A stretch of DNA of 40,855 nucleotides from a virus (IMGVR_UViG_3300036791_001321:1-40855); one strand, 5' to 3'; positions 27,254 to 34,287 are shown, numbered from the stretch's first letter. Made by a program: numbers and translations. Notes: generated from the sequence alone by a model not told the origin.

Positions 27254-27860
27254 TCACCGCATAGTCTTGGGGGTCGGAGAGAGCGCGCTTGGCGTCAACC
27301 ACCTGGCCGACGTGCTGCAACATGGCGATGACTTCGCTTGCCGGCGCGCTCAGTGTCCCGGTCGCCCGTCCGCTGTAGCGCGCCGGGTCGCGGTGCGTGA
27401 GGAGGAATTTCACCAGGTCATCGGACCCGTTCAGCGCGCGGGTGAACGCGGCGCCTTCGAGAAGTCCGGTTGCGGCGTGGAAAGCGTCGCCTAAGTCATC
27501 GACAAAGCTTTGGTCTTGGTCTTGCCATGCGCGCAAGGTCTTGAACGGGACAGCCATCGCGCGGGCGGCCAGCGACAGGCTGATGCCCTCGGATACCGCC
27601 AGGACGATGTGTGCCTTGAGTTCGGCGATGTCCTCCGGCGTTGCCCGTGAAACGCTTTGTTCCAGACGGGCGGCAATCTCCGTCAGCCGCTCGGGCCGCG
27701 GTTCGCGTGACGGATCAAGGCGTAAGCGCTTTTTTTCCATGCTAATCTTTTTTCGCATTGCCTCTTTTCGCGTGCGGCTGATCTTGCGGCGGTGATGGCT
27801 GGCCCGGTGCATGGTCGGCGTGCGGCTATGCAGTGGCATCTTGCGCGGGCGTCGCGCCAT
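27189..27860 (-). CDS. terS: Terminase small subunit (putative)
   Basis: A 223-aa protein with a very basic N-terminus and an HTH-like segment, GISLSLAARAMAVPFKTLRAWQ. The gene overlaps terL. Confidence 0.55.
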   Translation of the reverse strand: MARRPRKMPLHSRTPTMHRASHHRRKISRTRKEAMRKKISMEKKRLRLDPSREPRPERLTEIAARLEQSVSRATPEDIAELKAHIVLAVSEGISLSLAARAMAVPFKTLRAWQDQDQSFVDDLGDAFHAATGLLEGAAFTRALNGSDDLVKFLLTHRDPARYSGRATGTLSAPASEVIAMLQHVGQVVDAKRALSDPQDYAVIDADYVPSIDNARVEGADRES

Positions 27861-27887
27861 CAGCGCACCGTGGAATGCTCGCGATAA

Positions 27888-28124
27888 CTACGCGCCATGC
27901 TTGGCCTCTCCGTTCTTGGCGGTGGTCAAAACCGGACGCGCCGGAACGCGCTGCGCGTCAAGCGCGGCGATCCGGTTCGCGGCGTTGGCGCGCAATTCAT
28001 CGAGAATAAAGGTCAACAAGGTTGTCTGGACGAGGAGTTGCTCGACCCACCATTGCGACGGCGCGACCATGCTGCGGTTGGGATCGGGAGGAATCAGCGC
28101 GCGCCTGAGTGCGTCGGTGTCCAT
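27888..28124 (-). CDS. Hypothetical protein, first gene after the late terminator
   Basis: A 78-aa ORF whose ATG lies 17 nt downstream of the terminator T-run. Confidence 0.4.
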   Translation of the reverse strand: MDTDALRRALIPPDPNRSMVAPSQWWVEQLLVQTTLLTFILDELRANAANRIAALDAQRVPARPVLTTAKNGEAKHGA

Positions 28125-28140
28125 GTCCGCGTTTAAGGCG

Positions 28141-28175
28141 AAAAAAAACCCGGTGCAATTTCAAACCGCACCGGG
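28141..28175 (-). terminator. Strong intrinsic terminator between the early and late gene blocks
   Basis: On the minus strand, CCCGGTGC-GGTTTGAAATT-GCACCGGG (8-bp GC stem) is followed by TTTTTTTT (complement of 28141-28148). Confidence 0.8.
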
Positions 28176-28177
28176 TC

Positions 28178-28196
28178 AAAAAATCGGTAGGGGATT
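28178..28196 (+). repeat. 19-nt exact repeat AAAAAATCGGTAGGGGATT, copy 1
   Basis: Identical to 38940-38958 in the same orientation. Here it also forms an AAAAATC/GATTTTT hairpin. Confidence 0.85.
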
Positions 28197-28224
28197 TTTA
28201 GGCCAAGCCGATGTATCCCTTTTT

Positions 28225-28263
28225 ACACCTTCTTATTACGCCTTCTTGTTACGCCTTCTTGCG
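28225..28263 (+). repeat. 13-bp tandem repeat x3 spanning the stop codon of 28249..28620
   Basis: The units are ACACCTTCTTATT / ACGCCTTCTTGTT / ACGCCTTCTTGCG. On the minus strand the last unit encodes ..KKA-stop and the other two repeat it in the 3' UTR. Confidence 0.8.
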
Positions 28264-28620
28264 CATCGTCCACAGCAGGTCGGGCGCGGTATAGTCCTTT
28301 CTCTTCAAGGCCTCCATCAGGGTGAGATAGGAGCGGGCCGGAAACCTATTCGCCGCGCGCCAGTTGGAGACCGCCGCGGGCGACGTTTCCAACACCTTGG
28401 CGACCGCGCCAGTGCCGCCGAGGGCGTCAATGACCGCCGAGGCGGTTTGAAGCTCGGAGCCTGACTTTTCGACCACCGTGTGTTTCGCACGCGGGCCGCT
28501 TCCCCTCACCTTGATCTCTTTTATATTGACCAATCGCGCGCGGCCCTGGTTGTCGGCGACCATGCCGCCGACGTGTTCCTCGAGGCACTCGAACGTGAGC
28601 GAAAACATTCGCTTGGTCAT
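28249..28620 (-). CDS. Cro/YdaS-like HTH DNA-binding protein (candidate late regulator)
   Basis: The C-terminal half, AVIDALGGTGAVAKVLETSPAAVSNWRAANRFPARSYLTLMEAL, resembles the Cro/YdaS-type HTH. It is the last gene before the late terminator. Confidence 0.6.
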   Translation of the reverse strand: MTKRMFSLTFECLEEHVGGMVADNQGRARLVNIKEIKVRGSGPRAKHTVVEKSGSELQTASAVIDALGGTGAVAKVLETSPAAVSNWRAANRFPARSYLTLMEALKRKDYTAPDLLWTMRKKA

Positions 28621-28648
28621 TAGATTCCCCGTCTGTTGAAAATTGCGG

Positions 28649-29308
28649 TCACTCTTTCGGCACGACCTGTAAAGCTTTCCTCAATTGGTGCGTCAAAGCG
28701 GCGGAGCCGCCCGCCTCTTTGGCCGCTTCCCGTTGCAACAACGGCAAACCGCTTTCCAAGCTCGCCATCACCTCGGCACGGGTCGCGCGCCGCCCTTCGG
28801 CGTACCAGCGCGCCTCGATAGGTTCGCCGATGTCGAACAGGACTCCGGCCCCCGCGGCGCCCGTGCTATCAATCTTGAACGGCTTCCACGTGCGCGAGGT
28901 CCATACCAACGCGACACCGGGATTGCGCGCGATCATCACGCCCGCGGGGTCTTTCGCGTCGGCGGGTATCCCCGCCTCGCGACGGTGAGCTTTCGGCAGC
29001 GTCAAGAACGGGCACGCCTTGGCGGCGTACATGGCACACTCAAGATGCGCGGGCGGTTCGGCACTCACGCGATTGACCGCGCACATCGGGCCGATGACAA
29101 ACGCGCCGATGGCCCCGCGCACATGGCCGCATATCCAGCACAACTTTTTATTATAGGCGTGCGCGATGCCGTTCTCGCGTATCACCCGAAAATCCGCCAC
29201 ACCATCGATGAACGCGACAAACCACGGCACCGGATAACCGCGCGCATCGAGGGGCAGGGATTTCATGCGGTCGGGGAGCGGCGGCAAGCCTTCGCGAAGG
29301 CGAGTCAT
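28649..29308 (-). CDS. Conserved-looking Cys/His-cluster protein, unknown function
   Basis: The motif is KLCWICGHVRG...PMCAVNRV...HLECAMYAAKACPFL. The start was set at M20 (MTRLREG), giving an ATGA overlap with the upstream gene. Confidence 0.5.
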   Translation of the reverse strand: MTRLREGLPPLPDRMKSLPLDARGYPVPWFVAFIDGVADFRVIRENGIAHAYNKKLCWICGHVRGAIGAFVIGPMCAVNRVSAEPPAHLECAMYAAKACPFLTLPKAHRREAGIPADAKDPAGVMIARNPGVALVWTSRTWKPFKIDSTGAAGAGVLFDIGEPIEARWYAEGRRATRAEVMASLESGLPLLQREAAKEAGGSAALTHQLRKALQVVPKE

Positions 29309-29877
29309 GTTTTGACCTTTCTCGGCACAAGCCCGCGCCCTGGTATCAAATCCTTTTCGCCCCACAGCAACTCGGCAAAGAATTGCGAGCGGTCAATGCG
29401 CGGCGCATACGCCAGCGGGATCAAATAAAACGCAAAGTCCACATAGCCGCGCCGCTTACGCTCATATAAGCGATGAATCCCGTCAACCAGCAAATGGGTT
29501 TCCTGCGGGCCGTTTGAGCCCGGTGGACACAGTAGGTAAATCAACGGGTCAGCCAGTTGACGGTCGGTCAACAGGGCGGCGCGCGCAAAATCGACCTCGC
29601 GTTGACTTAAGAGATATTCCATCGGGTCGGCGTTTATCCCTTCGACCACCCGCACCGCATCGAAGCGGCACCGCAAGGTTTTAATCCGCCGCTTGCGGTC
29701 AAGGCGTTTGACAAGCCCGCGCAAGGTCGTAATGTCGAAACTTCCCAAGGTGTCATGGGCAAACGTCTCGTGGAGGCGCCCGATCGCGACAAGCCGCGCG
29801 GCTTCGGTCTTAGTCATTGCCATTTGCCGGTCTCGTGTTCTGCAGTCGGTGCGCTTGGCATGGTTGTCCGCTTGCAT
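29305..29877 (-). CDS. ParB-like nuclease-domain protein (putative)
   Basis: THLLVDGIHRLYERKRRG resembles the ParB/Srx DGxHR motif. The start may be M19 or M21. Confidence 0.45.
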   Translation of the reverse strand: MQADNHAKRTDCRTRDRQMAMTKTEAARLVAIGRLHETFAHDTLGSFDITTLRGLVKRLDRKRRIKTLRCRFDAVRVVEGINADPMEYLLSQREVDFARAALLTDRQLADPLIYLLCPPGSNGPQETHLLVDGIHRLYERKRRGYVDFAFYLIPLAYAPRIDRSQFFAELLWGEKDLIPGRGLVPRKVKT

Positions 29878-29885
29878 TCTCTATT

Positions 29886-30386
29886 TTATCCCGTCCTACG
29901 GTCGTTCCGCGGCTGTCGCCAGCGCGCAACATCGCGCGCGTCGAAATCCTCATAGCGAAGATCAGCCGGGGGCGGCACCTTCATCTCATAGCGCGAGCGC
30001 CACGGCTTCGCCGCGGGTTCGTCCTTCACCTGGAACGTCAGCGCCAGGCCAAGTCCATCGGCCCAATCAATGAGACAGTTGAACGCGGGCGTATGGCGTC
30101 CGCTTTCCCAATTGGCGAGCGTGGTCTCGTTATAGCCAAGCCGCGCCGCCAAATCGCGCCGCGTGATCTTTTTCTGAATGCGATAACGCCGCAAGGCCCG
30201 CAGCAGGGGATGGCGCGACTGTATGCCATCAACGCGGGTCTTGAAACGCCGCCTCAGCCCAAACTCCATGGCCTTCGCGCAAATCGTGTTCCACGCCCGC
30301 ATCCCCAAGGCGGCGCGGATGTTCGTGCGCGTATGGTTCGGGTACATGCGCTTGAGGATTTCTTTCTCCTCATCGGTCCATCTCAT
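29886..30386 (-). CDS. GcrA-like N-terminal domain fused to an XRE-type HTH regulator
   Basis: MRWTDEEKEILKRMYP...IRAALGMRAWNTICAKAMEFGLRRR parallels the GcrA N-terminus as I recall it (MSWTDERV..LKKLW...IA..LG..TRNAVIGKVHRLGL). It is followed by ITRRDLAARLGYNETTLANWESGRHTP (XRE HTH). Confidence 0.5.
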   Translation of the reverse strand: MRWTDEEKEILKRMYPNHTRTNIRAALGMRAWNTICAKAMEFGLRRRFKTRVDGIQSRHPLLRALRRYRIQKKITRRDLAARLGYNETTLANWESGRHTPAFNCLIDWADGLGLALTFQVKDEPAAKPWRSRYEMKVPPPADLRYEDFDARDVARWRQPRNDRRTG

Positions 30387-30402
30387 CGGCTTCAGTTTCC
30401 GC

Positions 30403-30651
30403 TCACCACAAAAAGTCCCCTTCCAACCGCGTATTGATCTTCAGGATTCCGTTTCGGTCGCTCACAATCTTTCCATCCATCACGGTCGCGCGAAAATAGC
30501 CGCGGCCCGCAAGATTGACGGCCTTGCGCACCCGCTCCGAAAAGTTTTCTTGCGGCACCAACAGCAAAATACGGCGGTCCTCGCTGAATACCAGCCACGG
30601 CATCTCGCGGTCGGCGGTCATGGGGCGCTGAATTTTGACAATCTCACTCAT
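30403..30651 (-). CDS. Hypothetical protein
   Basis: An 82-aa ORF overlapping the upstream gene by 8 nt. Confidence 0.45.
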   Translation of the reverse strand: MSEIVKIQRPMTADREMPWLVFSEDRRILLLVPQENFSERVRKAVNLAGRGYFRATVMDGKIVSDRNGILKINTRLEGDFLW

Positions 30652-30901
30652 CGCCGCGACTCAAATTCAGCATCGTGTGGCGAAACAAGGCGGTGGCAAG
30701 GTCGGCATAGTCGCGCCAGCCGGAATCGCCCAAGCAATCGCAGGCCCCATAGTCCCGCAAGACCTGGCAGCGCGCGCGGCACATCACCCGCGCGGCAAAC
30801 CGGATGTTGAGGCGAACGCATGCTTGCCAGGCGGCGACCATGCGCGCGCTGTCGCTGTCGTCGGCGCCATCGCCGGGTCGCGGTAGAATTTCGGTGTCCA
30901 T
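30644..30901 (-). CDS. Hypothetical Cys-containing small protein
   Basis: The frame 30644..30934 was chosen over the Arg-rich alternative 30648..30941. The start was set at M12 (MDTEILPRPG). Confidence 0.35.
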   Translation of the reverse strand: MDTEILPRPGDGADDSDSARMVAAWQACVRLNIRFAARVMCRARCQVLRDYGACDCLGDSGWRDYADLATALFRHTMLNLSRGDE

Positions 30902-30937
30902 CGTTCGGCCCCTTTCCCATATGATGCCGGGCAAGAC

Positions 30938-31318
30938 TCATGCCTTGTCGTTGTGACGCAAAAACTCCATCAAGGCCCCCGCCGCGTGCTTGCCCAGCCG
31001 GTCGACATACCGGAACACCTCGAGCGCGGTGTTGGAATGCATCGGGTCGTCGGCGTGTCTGGCCACGGTCGGCGGCAAGGTCTCGAAAAAAAACCCCATC
31101 GGCACGCTAAGCTCGACCGCGATGTGATAAAGCCGCGACGCGCTCACGCGATTGGTGCCGCCCTCATACTTCTGAATCTGCTGAAACGTAACGCCGACCT
31201 TCGCCGCCAGAACGTCTTGCGACATCCGCAGCATGGTGCGGCGCAACTTGATGCGCGTCCCGACCTCTTTATCGATCTCGTCGGGCGTGCGCGGCGCGTG
31301 ATTTGGCCCCTTTGGCAT
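30938..31318 (-). CDS. XRE-family HTH transcriptional regulator
   Basis: The HTH is IKLRRTMLRMSQDVLAAKVGVTFQQIQKYEGGTNRVSASRLYHIAVEL. The start was set at M21, which is preceded by AAGGAAA. Confidence 0.7.
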   Translation of the reverse strand: MPKGPNHAPRTPDEIDKEVGTRIKLRRTMLRMSQDVLAAKVGVTFQQIQKYEGGTNRVSASRLYHIAVELSVPMGFFFETLPPTVARHADDPMHSNTALEVFRYVDRLGKHAAGALMEFLRHNDKA

Positions 31319-31511
31319 GTTTCCTTTTCCGGTCGCGCGGTGTTTCCACGAGTAGAAAGCCGTCGGGCAAGAGCCCACAACGCGACATCATCCTGACCAA
31401 GCGCTTGCAATAAAACACCGCTAGCTCAAGCGTCAGCGTGTCACCGTAAATCTCTCCTTGAAGCCCCACGATCACATTGAGGTCGTGCGCGTCCAGTTTG
31501 CGCGGCGTCAT
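31269..31511 (-). CDS. Hypothetical protein
   Basis: An 80-aa ORF with an ATGA overlap with the upstream gene and a GAGGAC Shine-Dalgarno sequence. It overlaps the XRE gene by about 50 nt. Confidence 0.35.
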   Translation of the reverse strand: MTPRKLDAHDLNVIVGLQGEIYGDTLTLELAVFYCKRLVRMMSRCGLLPDGFLLVETPRDRKRKHAKGAKSRAAHARRDR

Positions 31512-31783
31512 GTCGGCTTGTCCTCAATCGCGACATGGAACGCGGTCAACGGACGATTGGGCTTGCCGTCGTCCCGGTCGGGCACACCCCGCGAGCGCGT
31601 GCGGTAGAAGTTCATGGCGTCCATCGCATTCTTAAACACCTTCGCCTTGCCGACCTCCGGCGTCCACGCGACCACGCCCGCGCCCAAGCCTTTCTCGGCA
31701 TCAAAGGATTTCAAGAACATCCCCGCGCCGCTGTAGGGCGTCCCATCGGCCCGCCCGAGACACTTAATAACCTTCTGAGTCAT
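31508..31783 (-). CDS. Hypothetical protein
   Basis: A 91-aa ORF coupled to both neighbours. Confidence 0.45.
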   Translation of the reverse strand: MTQKVIKCLGRADGTPYSGAGMFLKSFDAEKGLGAGVVAWTPEVGKAKVFKNAMDAMNFYRTRSRGVPDRDDGKPNRPLTAFHVAIEDKPT

Positions 31784-32061
31784 GGCTTACCCCGCGCGCG
31801 CATGTTCTCTTTCTGGCATTTTGGAAACGGCGCGGTCGGTTCCCATTGCGCGCTCATACGCGGCTTCAATCGCCGAAGCCCCTCGCCAATCGCGGTCGCG
31901 CGCTCGCACCGCATCCCGTCCGAGCCGCCGGTTATATAAATGCAGCACCCCGCATCCGCCCCAAGACCGCAGCAACGCCGCGGATTGGCGATGCGCGGGC
32001 CAGGGGCTTCGGTCCGCTGGAATGAAATGGTCGCACCCCATTCGCCAAACTTGCGCGTCAT
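31780..32061 (-). CDS. Hypothetical Cys-rich small protein
   Basis: The start was set at M44 (MTRKFGEWG), which gives an ATGA overlap with 32058..32252. Confidence 0.4.
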   Translation of the reverse strand: MTRKFGEWGATISFQRTEAPGPRIANPRRCCGLGADAGCCIYITGGSDGMRCERATAIGEGLRRLKPRMSAQWEPTAPFPKCQKENMRARGKP

Positions 32062-32252
32062 GGCACACCGCCTTGCTCTTTGTGCTCTCTCATCAATCGC
32101 AGAATCGCATCGGCCTTCTTGAGCGACACGGCGCGCCTGATCTGATCGTTCCACCGCGGCATGCGATCTGGAAGCGCCAGGATCTCCCACGGGGGCCGGT
32201 CGATGATGCGCGCTATCCGTTCGCGCAAAGCAGTTTGGTCATCGCCGGTCAT
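32058..32252 (-). CDS. Hypothetical protein
   Basis: A 64-aa ORF with ATGA overlaps on both sides. Confidence 0.45.
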   Translation of the reverse strand: MTGDDQTALRERIARIIDRPPWEILALPDRMPRWNDQIRRAVSLKKADAILRLMREHKEQGGVP

Positions 32253-32530
32253 GGCTGGCCCCGGTCGGGGAAAATAAACTCCGGCGCGTCGCGCGCGCCC
32301 ACGTCTTCAGAATGGCTGTTCCGCGACGCGTCGAGGTCGTCGACGCCCGCGCGTTCGGCGAGATCGCAGAGCTTGAGAATAACATCGGGCGACAGCGCGG
32401 CAACAAACGCCGCCTCATCGCCGGCCTGGACAATGAACGGCTCGCCGGCATTCCATTCGACAAACGGCCATGGCTGAATGAGCTTGGCCTGAACCCTTTG
32501 CGCCAACGTCCGCACCTGTGAGACCCGCAT
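32249..32530 (-). CDS. Hypothetical protein, first gene after the ORF-poor region
   Basis: A 93-aa ORF that heads the chain of coupled small genes. Confidence 0.45.
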   Translation of the reverse strand: MRVSQVRTLAQRVQAKLIQPWPFVEWNAGEPFIVQAGDEAAFVAALSPDVILKLCDLAERAGVDDLDASRNSHSEDVGARDAPEFIFPDRGQP

Positions 32531-32618
32531 CGCCGCGACCCTTCGCTTTCACGAACCTTTCGCCAAACCAACCACCAATCCTAGCGCTTTTTCCACGGAA
32601 TGTATGGGCAATTTCCAT

Positions 32619-32790
32619 GTGAAATGTGGAACAGGAACGGCCCCCCTGTAAATGACAACCGACAATTCCAGAGATACCCCGTAAACCGCGCGGATACTTC
32701 CCCCGTGAAAAATCCATGTGAAATATCCCTGTGAAAAAACCGCGCGCGTGAAAAGTGCGCACGAAAAAAAATCAGGAAAAATTTTCAGGT
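32619..32790 (+). repeat. Array of same-orientation GTGAAA repeats followed by an A-rich tract
   Basis: GTGAAA occurs at 32619, 32705, 32718, 32731 and 32748, with spacings of 13, 13 and 17 among the last four, and ACGAAA occurs at 32761. The tract aaaaaaaatcaggaaaaattttcagg follows. Confidence 0.7.
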
Positions 32791-33477
32791 CGCCGCGCGC
32801 AAACGTAAGCGCGGAAGGAGGAAAGCGGTTTGCAAAAGAAGAACGTCGAGGAAGGAAGAAAGAAAGCAAGCAAGAGCGCCGCGGACCATGCGAACGTGCG
32901 CGCGTGCAGGAAAGCCCCAATAATAAAGGGTTTGGTGTAAGCGGACGCGCGGAAATCATGGGGCGCGGTGTGAGCGGTAGGTACGCGAATGCACCGGCGG
33001 GTGGGGCCCCAAGCGCCAAGGGGGATGGTGCCTTCTGGCGGGCTTCTCAAGGGGTTTGAAAGGCTATTCCGCGGTGTGATCAGCCCGCGGCGAAGGGGCG
33101 GGAATAGGATACACGGCGGATCCCATATCCGCCGTATTCAGACATAAGATCTATTGTTATCAATAGGTTAGTCACAGGTGTCTCGATCGGACCCATCTTC
33201 CAGCCCATCCTTGAGTCGCGAAGCACGCGGGCGTTTTCACTTAGCAGCCGTAAGACTGGCAACAGCTTATCTGATGAATGCCACAACAAACATGGATGCC
33301 ACAGCGGTTTGTTGAGGATCGGCGTTTTCGCTGTTACACGCGGACGACCAGCGGGCTGCACGCAAAACGCGTCCCATTTAAACCGCATTAGCGGCCCGCT
33401 GGACCACCGACTCACCTCCTCGCCGGGGTTGCAGGGGGCTCACACGACCTAAGCGCCCACGGACGCCCGCAACTCGT

Positions 33478-34287
33478 TTACGGGCCTATCGGCAAGCTTT
33501 CAACATCCGCAAGCGCAAATGTCACCGTCGCAATCGTCTCATCAACCGAGGTAATGAGTTTCTCGATTTCGCAACCGTAGTGATCACGCACACGGTCGGT
33601 CTGGAACTTGGTTGGGAATCTGAGCGTGAGGTGATTGCCGCTGCGATGCTCGCTGACGTGTTCGAACCACGCACGGTAGCGGACGGGTCCGAAATGTTTC
33701 AACGCCGCTTGCCGCCACGCACTCGATGGCTGCGGCTCGCGCGGAGCATCAACGTTCTTTTGCAAACCTCTTTCTGTTTTCTTTCTTCCTTCGGTAACTC
33801 TAAATCCATCTTGGAGGATGGATTTAGAGTTACCTTCTTTCTTTCTTTCTTTCTGGACTCTGGGTCGAAGGTCACCTTCTAGGTCACCTTCAAGGGTACC
33901 TTCTAGGTGACCTTCAAGGGTACCTATAAGGTCCGCGCGACGTGATTTCTTTAGTTTCACATACTTACGGCCTTCGGACGCTCTTTTCTCAGCGCGTATC
34001 ATGTGCCTTGAAAATGCCACTCCATCCACCGTTCTAGAGAACACTTTGGCGGCTTCTAATTCGTGCATGGATGCGGTGATGGAGCGCGCGGGGATGCCCG
34101 TTTGCTTTGCAAGCTGTGCATTTGTAGGCAACCGTCCGTTGATCAACAGGTGTCCATACGGTGTCGCTTCGTGCATGAGGCAAAGCAGTTCAGTCCAAAG
34201 GCCCCGCGCCGCGAGCGTACATTGGCGCAGAGCCTGATCTGCGCGCCAATCGGACGGATAAAATTTGAACCAGGGCCGCGCTGTCAT
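33478..34287 (-). CDS. Replication initiator-like protein (DUF1376/YdaU-like N-terminus plus DnaA-domain-I-like C-terminus)
   Basis: The N-terminal MTARPWFKFYPSDWRADQALRQCTLAARGLWTELLCLM is the DUF1376 signature as I recall it. The C-terminal WRQAALKHFGPVRYRAWFEHV...LTLRFPTKFQTDRVRDHY resembles DnaA N-terminal domain I. A repetitive linker joins them. Confidence 0.65.
   Translation of the reverse strand: MTARPWFKFYPSDWRADQALRQCTLAARGLWTELLCLMHEATPYGHLLINGRLPTNAQLAKQTGIPARSITASMHELEAAKVFSRTVDGVAFSRHMIRAEKRASEGRKYVKLKKSRRADLIGTLEGHLEGTLEGDLEGDLRPRVQKERKKEGNSKSILQDGFRVTEGRKKTERGLQKNVDAPREPQPSSAWRQAALKHFGPVRYRAWFEHVSEHRSGNHLTLRFPTKFQTDRVRDHYGCEIEKLITSVDETIATVTFALADVESLPIGP
33793..33834. repeat. 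Perfect 18-bp inverted repeat (6-nt spacer) inside the initiator gene
   Basis: GGTAACTCTAAATCCATC-ttggag-GATGGATTTAGAGTTACC, flanked by pyrimidine tracts (ctttctgttttctttcttccttc and ttctttctttctttctgg). Confidence 0.9.
33867..33932. repeat. Five tandem 12-bp iteron-like repeats (xAGGTNACCTTC) inside the initiator gene
   Basis: The units are GAAGGTCACCTTC TAGGTCACCTTC AAGGGTACCTTC TAGGTGACCTTC AAGGGTACCTAT. On the minus strand they encode the peptide repeat TLEGHLEGTLEGDLEGDL. Confidence 0.85.

Noticed and set aside
30648-30941. 97-aa ORF overlapping 30644..30934 in another frame
   Set aside because: The Arg-rich nonsense-like sequence (RRWRRRQRQRAHGRR) is implausible, so the alternative frame was preferred, itself at low confidence.
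32549-33059. ORFs 32549..33019 (-, 156 aa) and 32718..33059 (+, 113 aa) in the ORF-poor region
   Set aside because: One is Pro/Arg/Leu-rich and runs through the GTGAAA array. The other is an extremely basic translation of purine tracts. Neither looks like a real protein.
33080-33415. 111-aa minus-strand ORF in the hairpin-rich segment
   Set aside because: Its GTG start abuts GGAGG with no spacer, its Trp/Cys-rich composition is atypical, and its sequence coincides with strong nucleic-acid hairpins. It is kept only as an alternative hypothesis under the structured-RNA finding.
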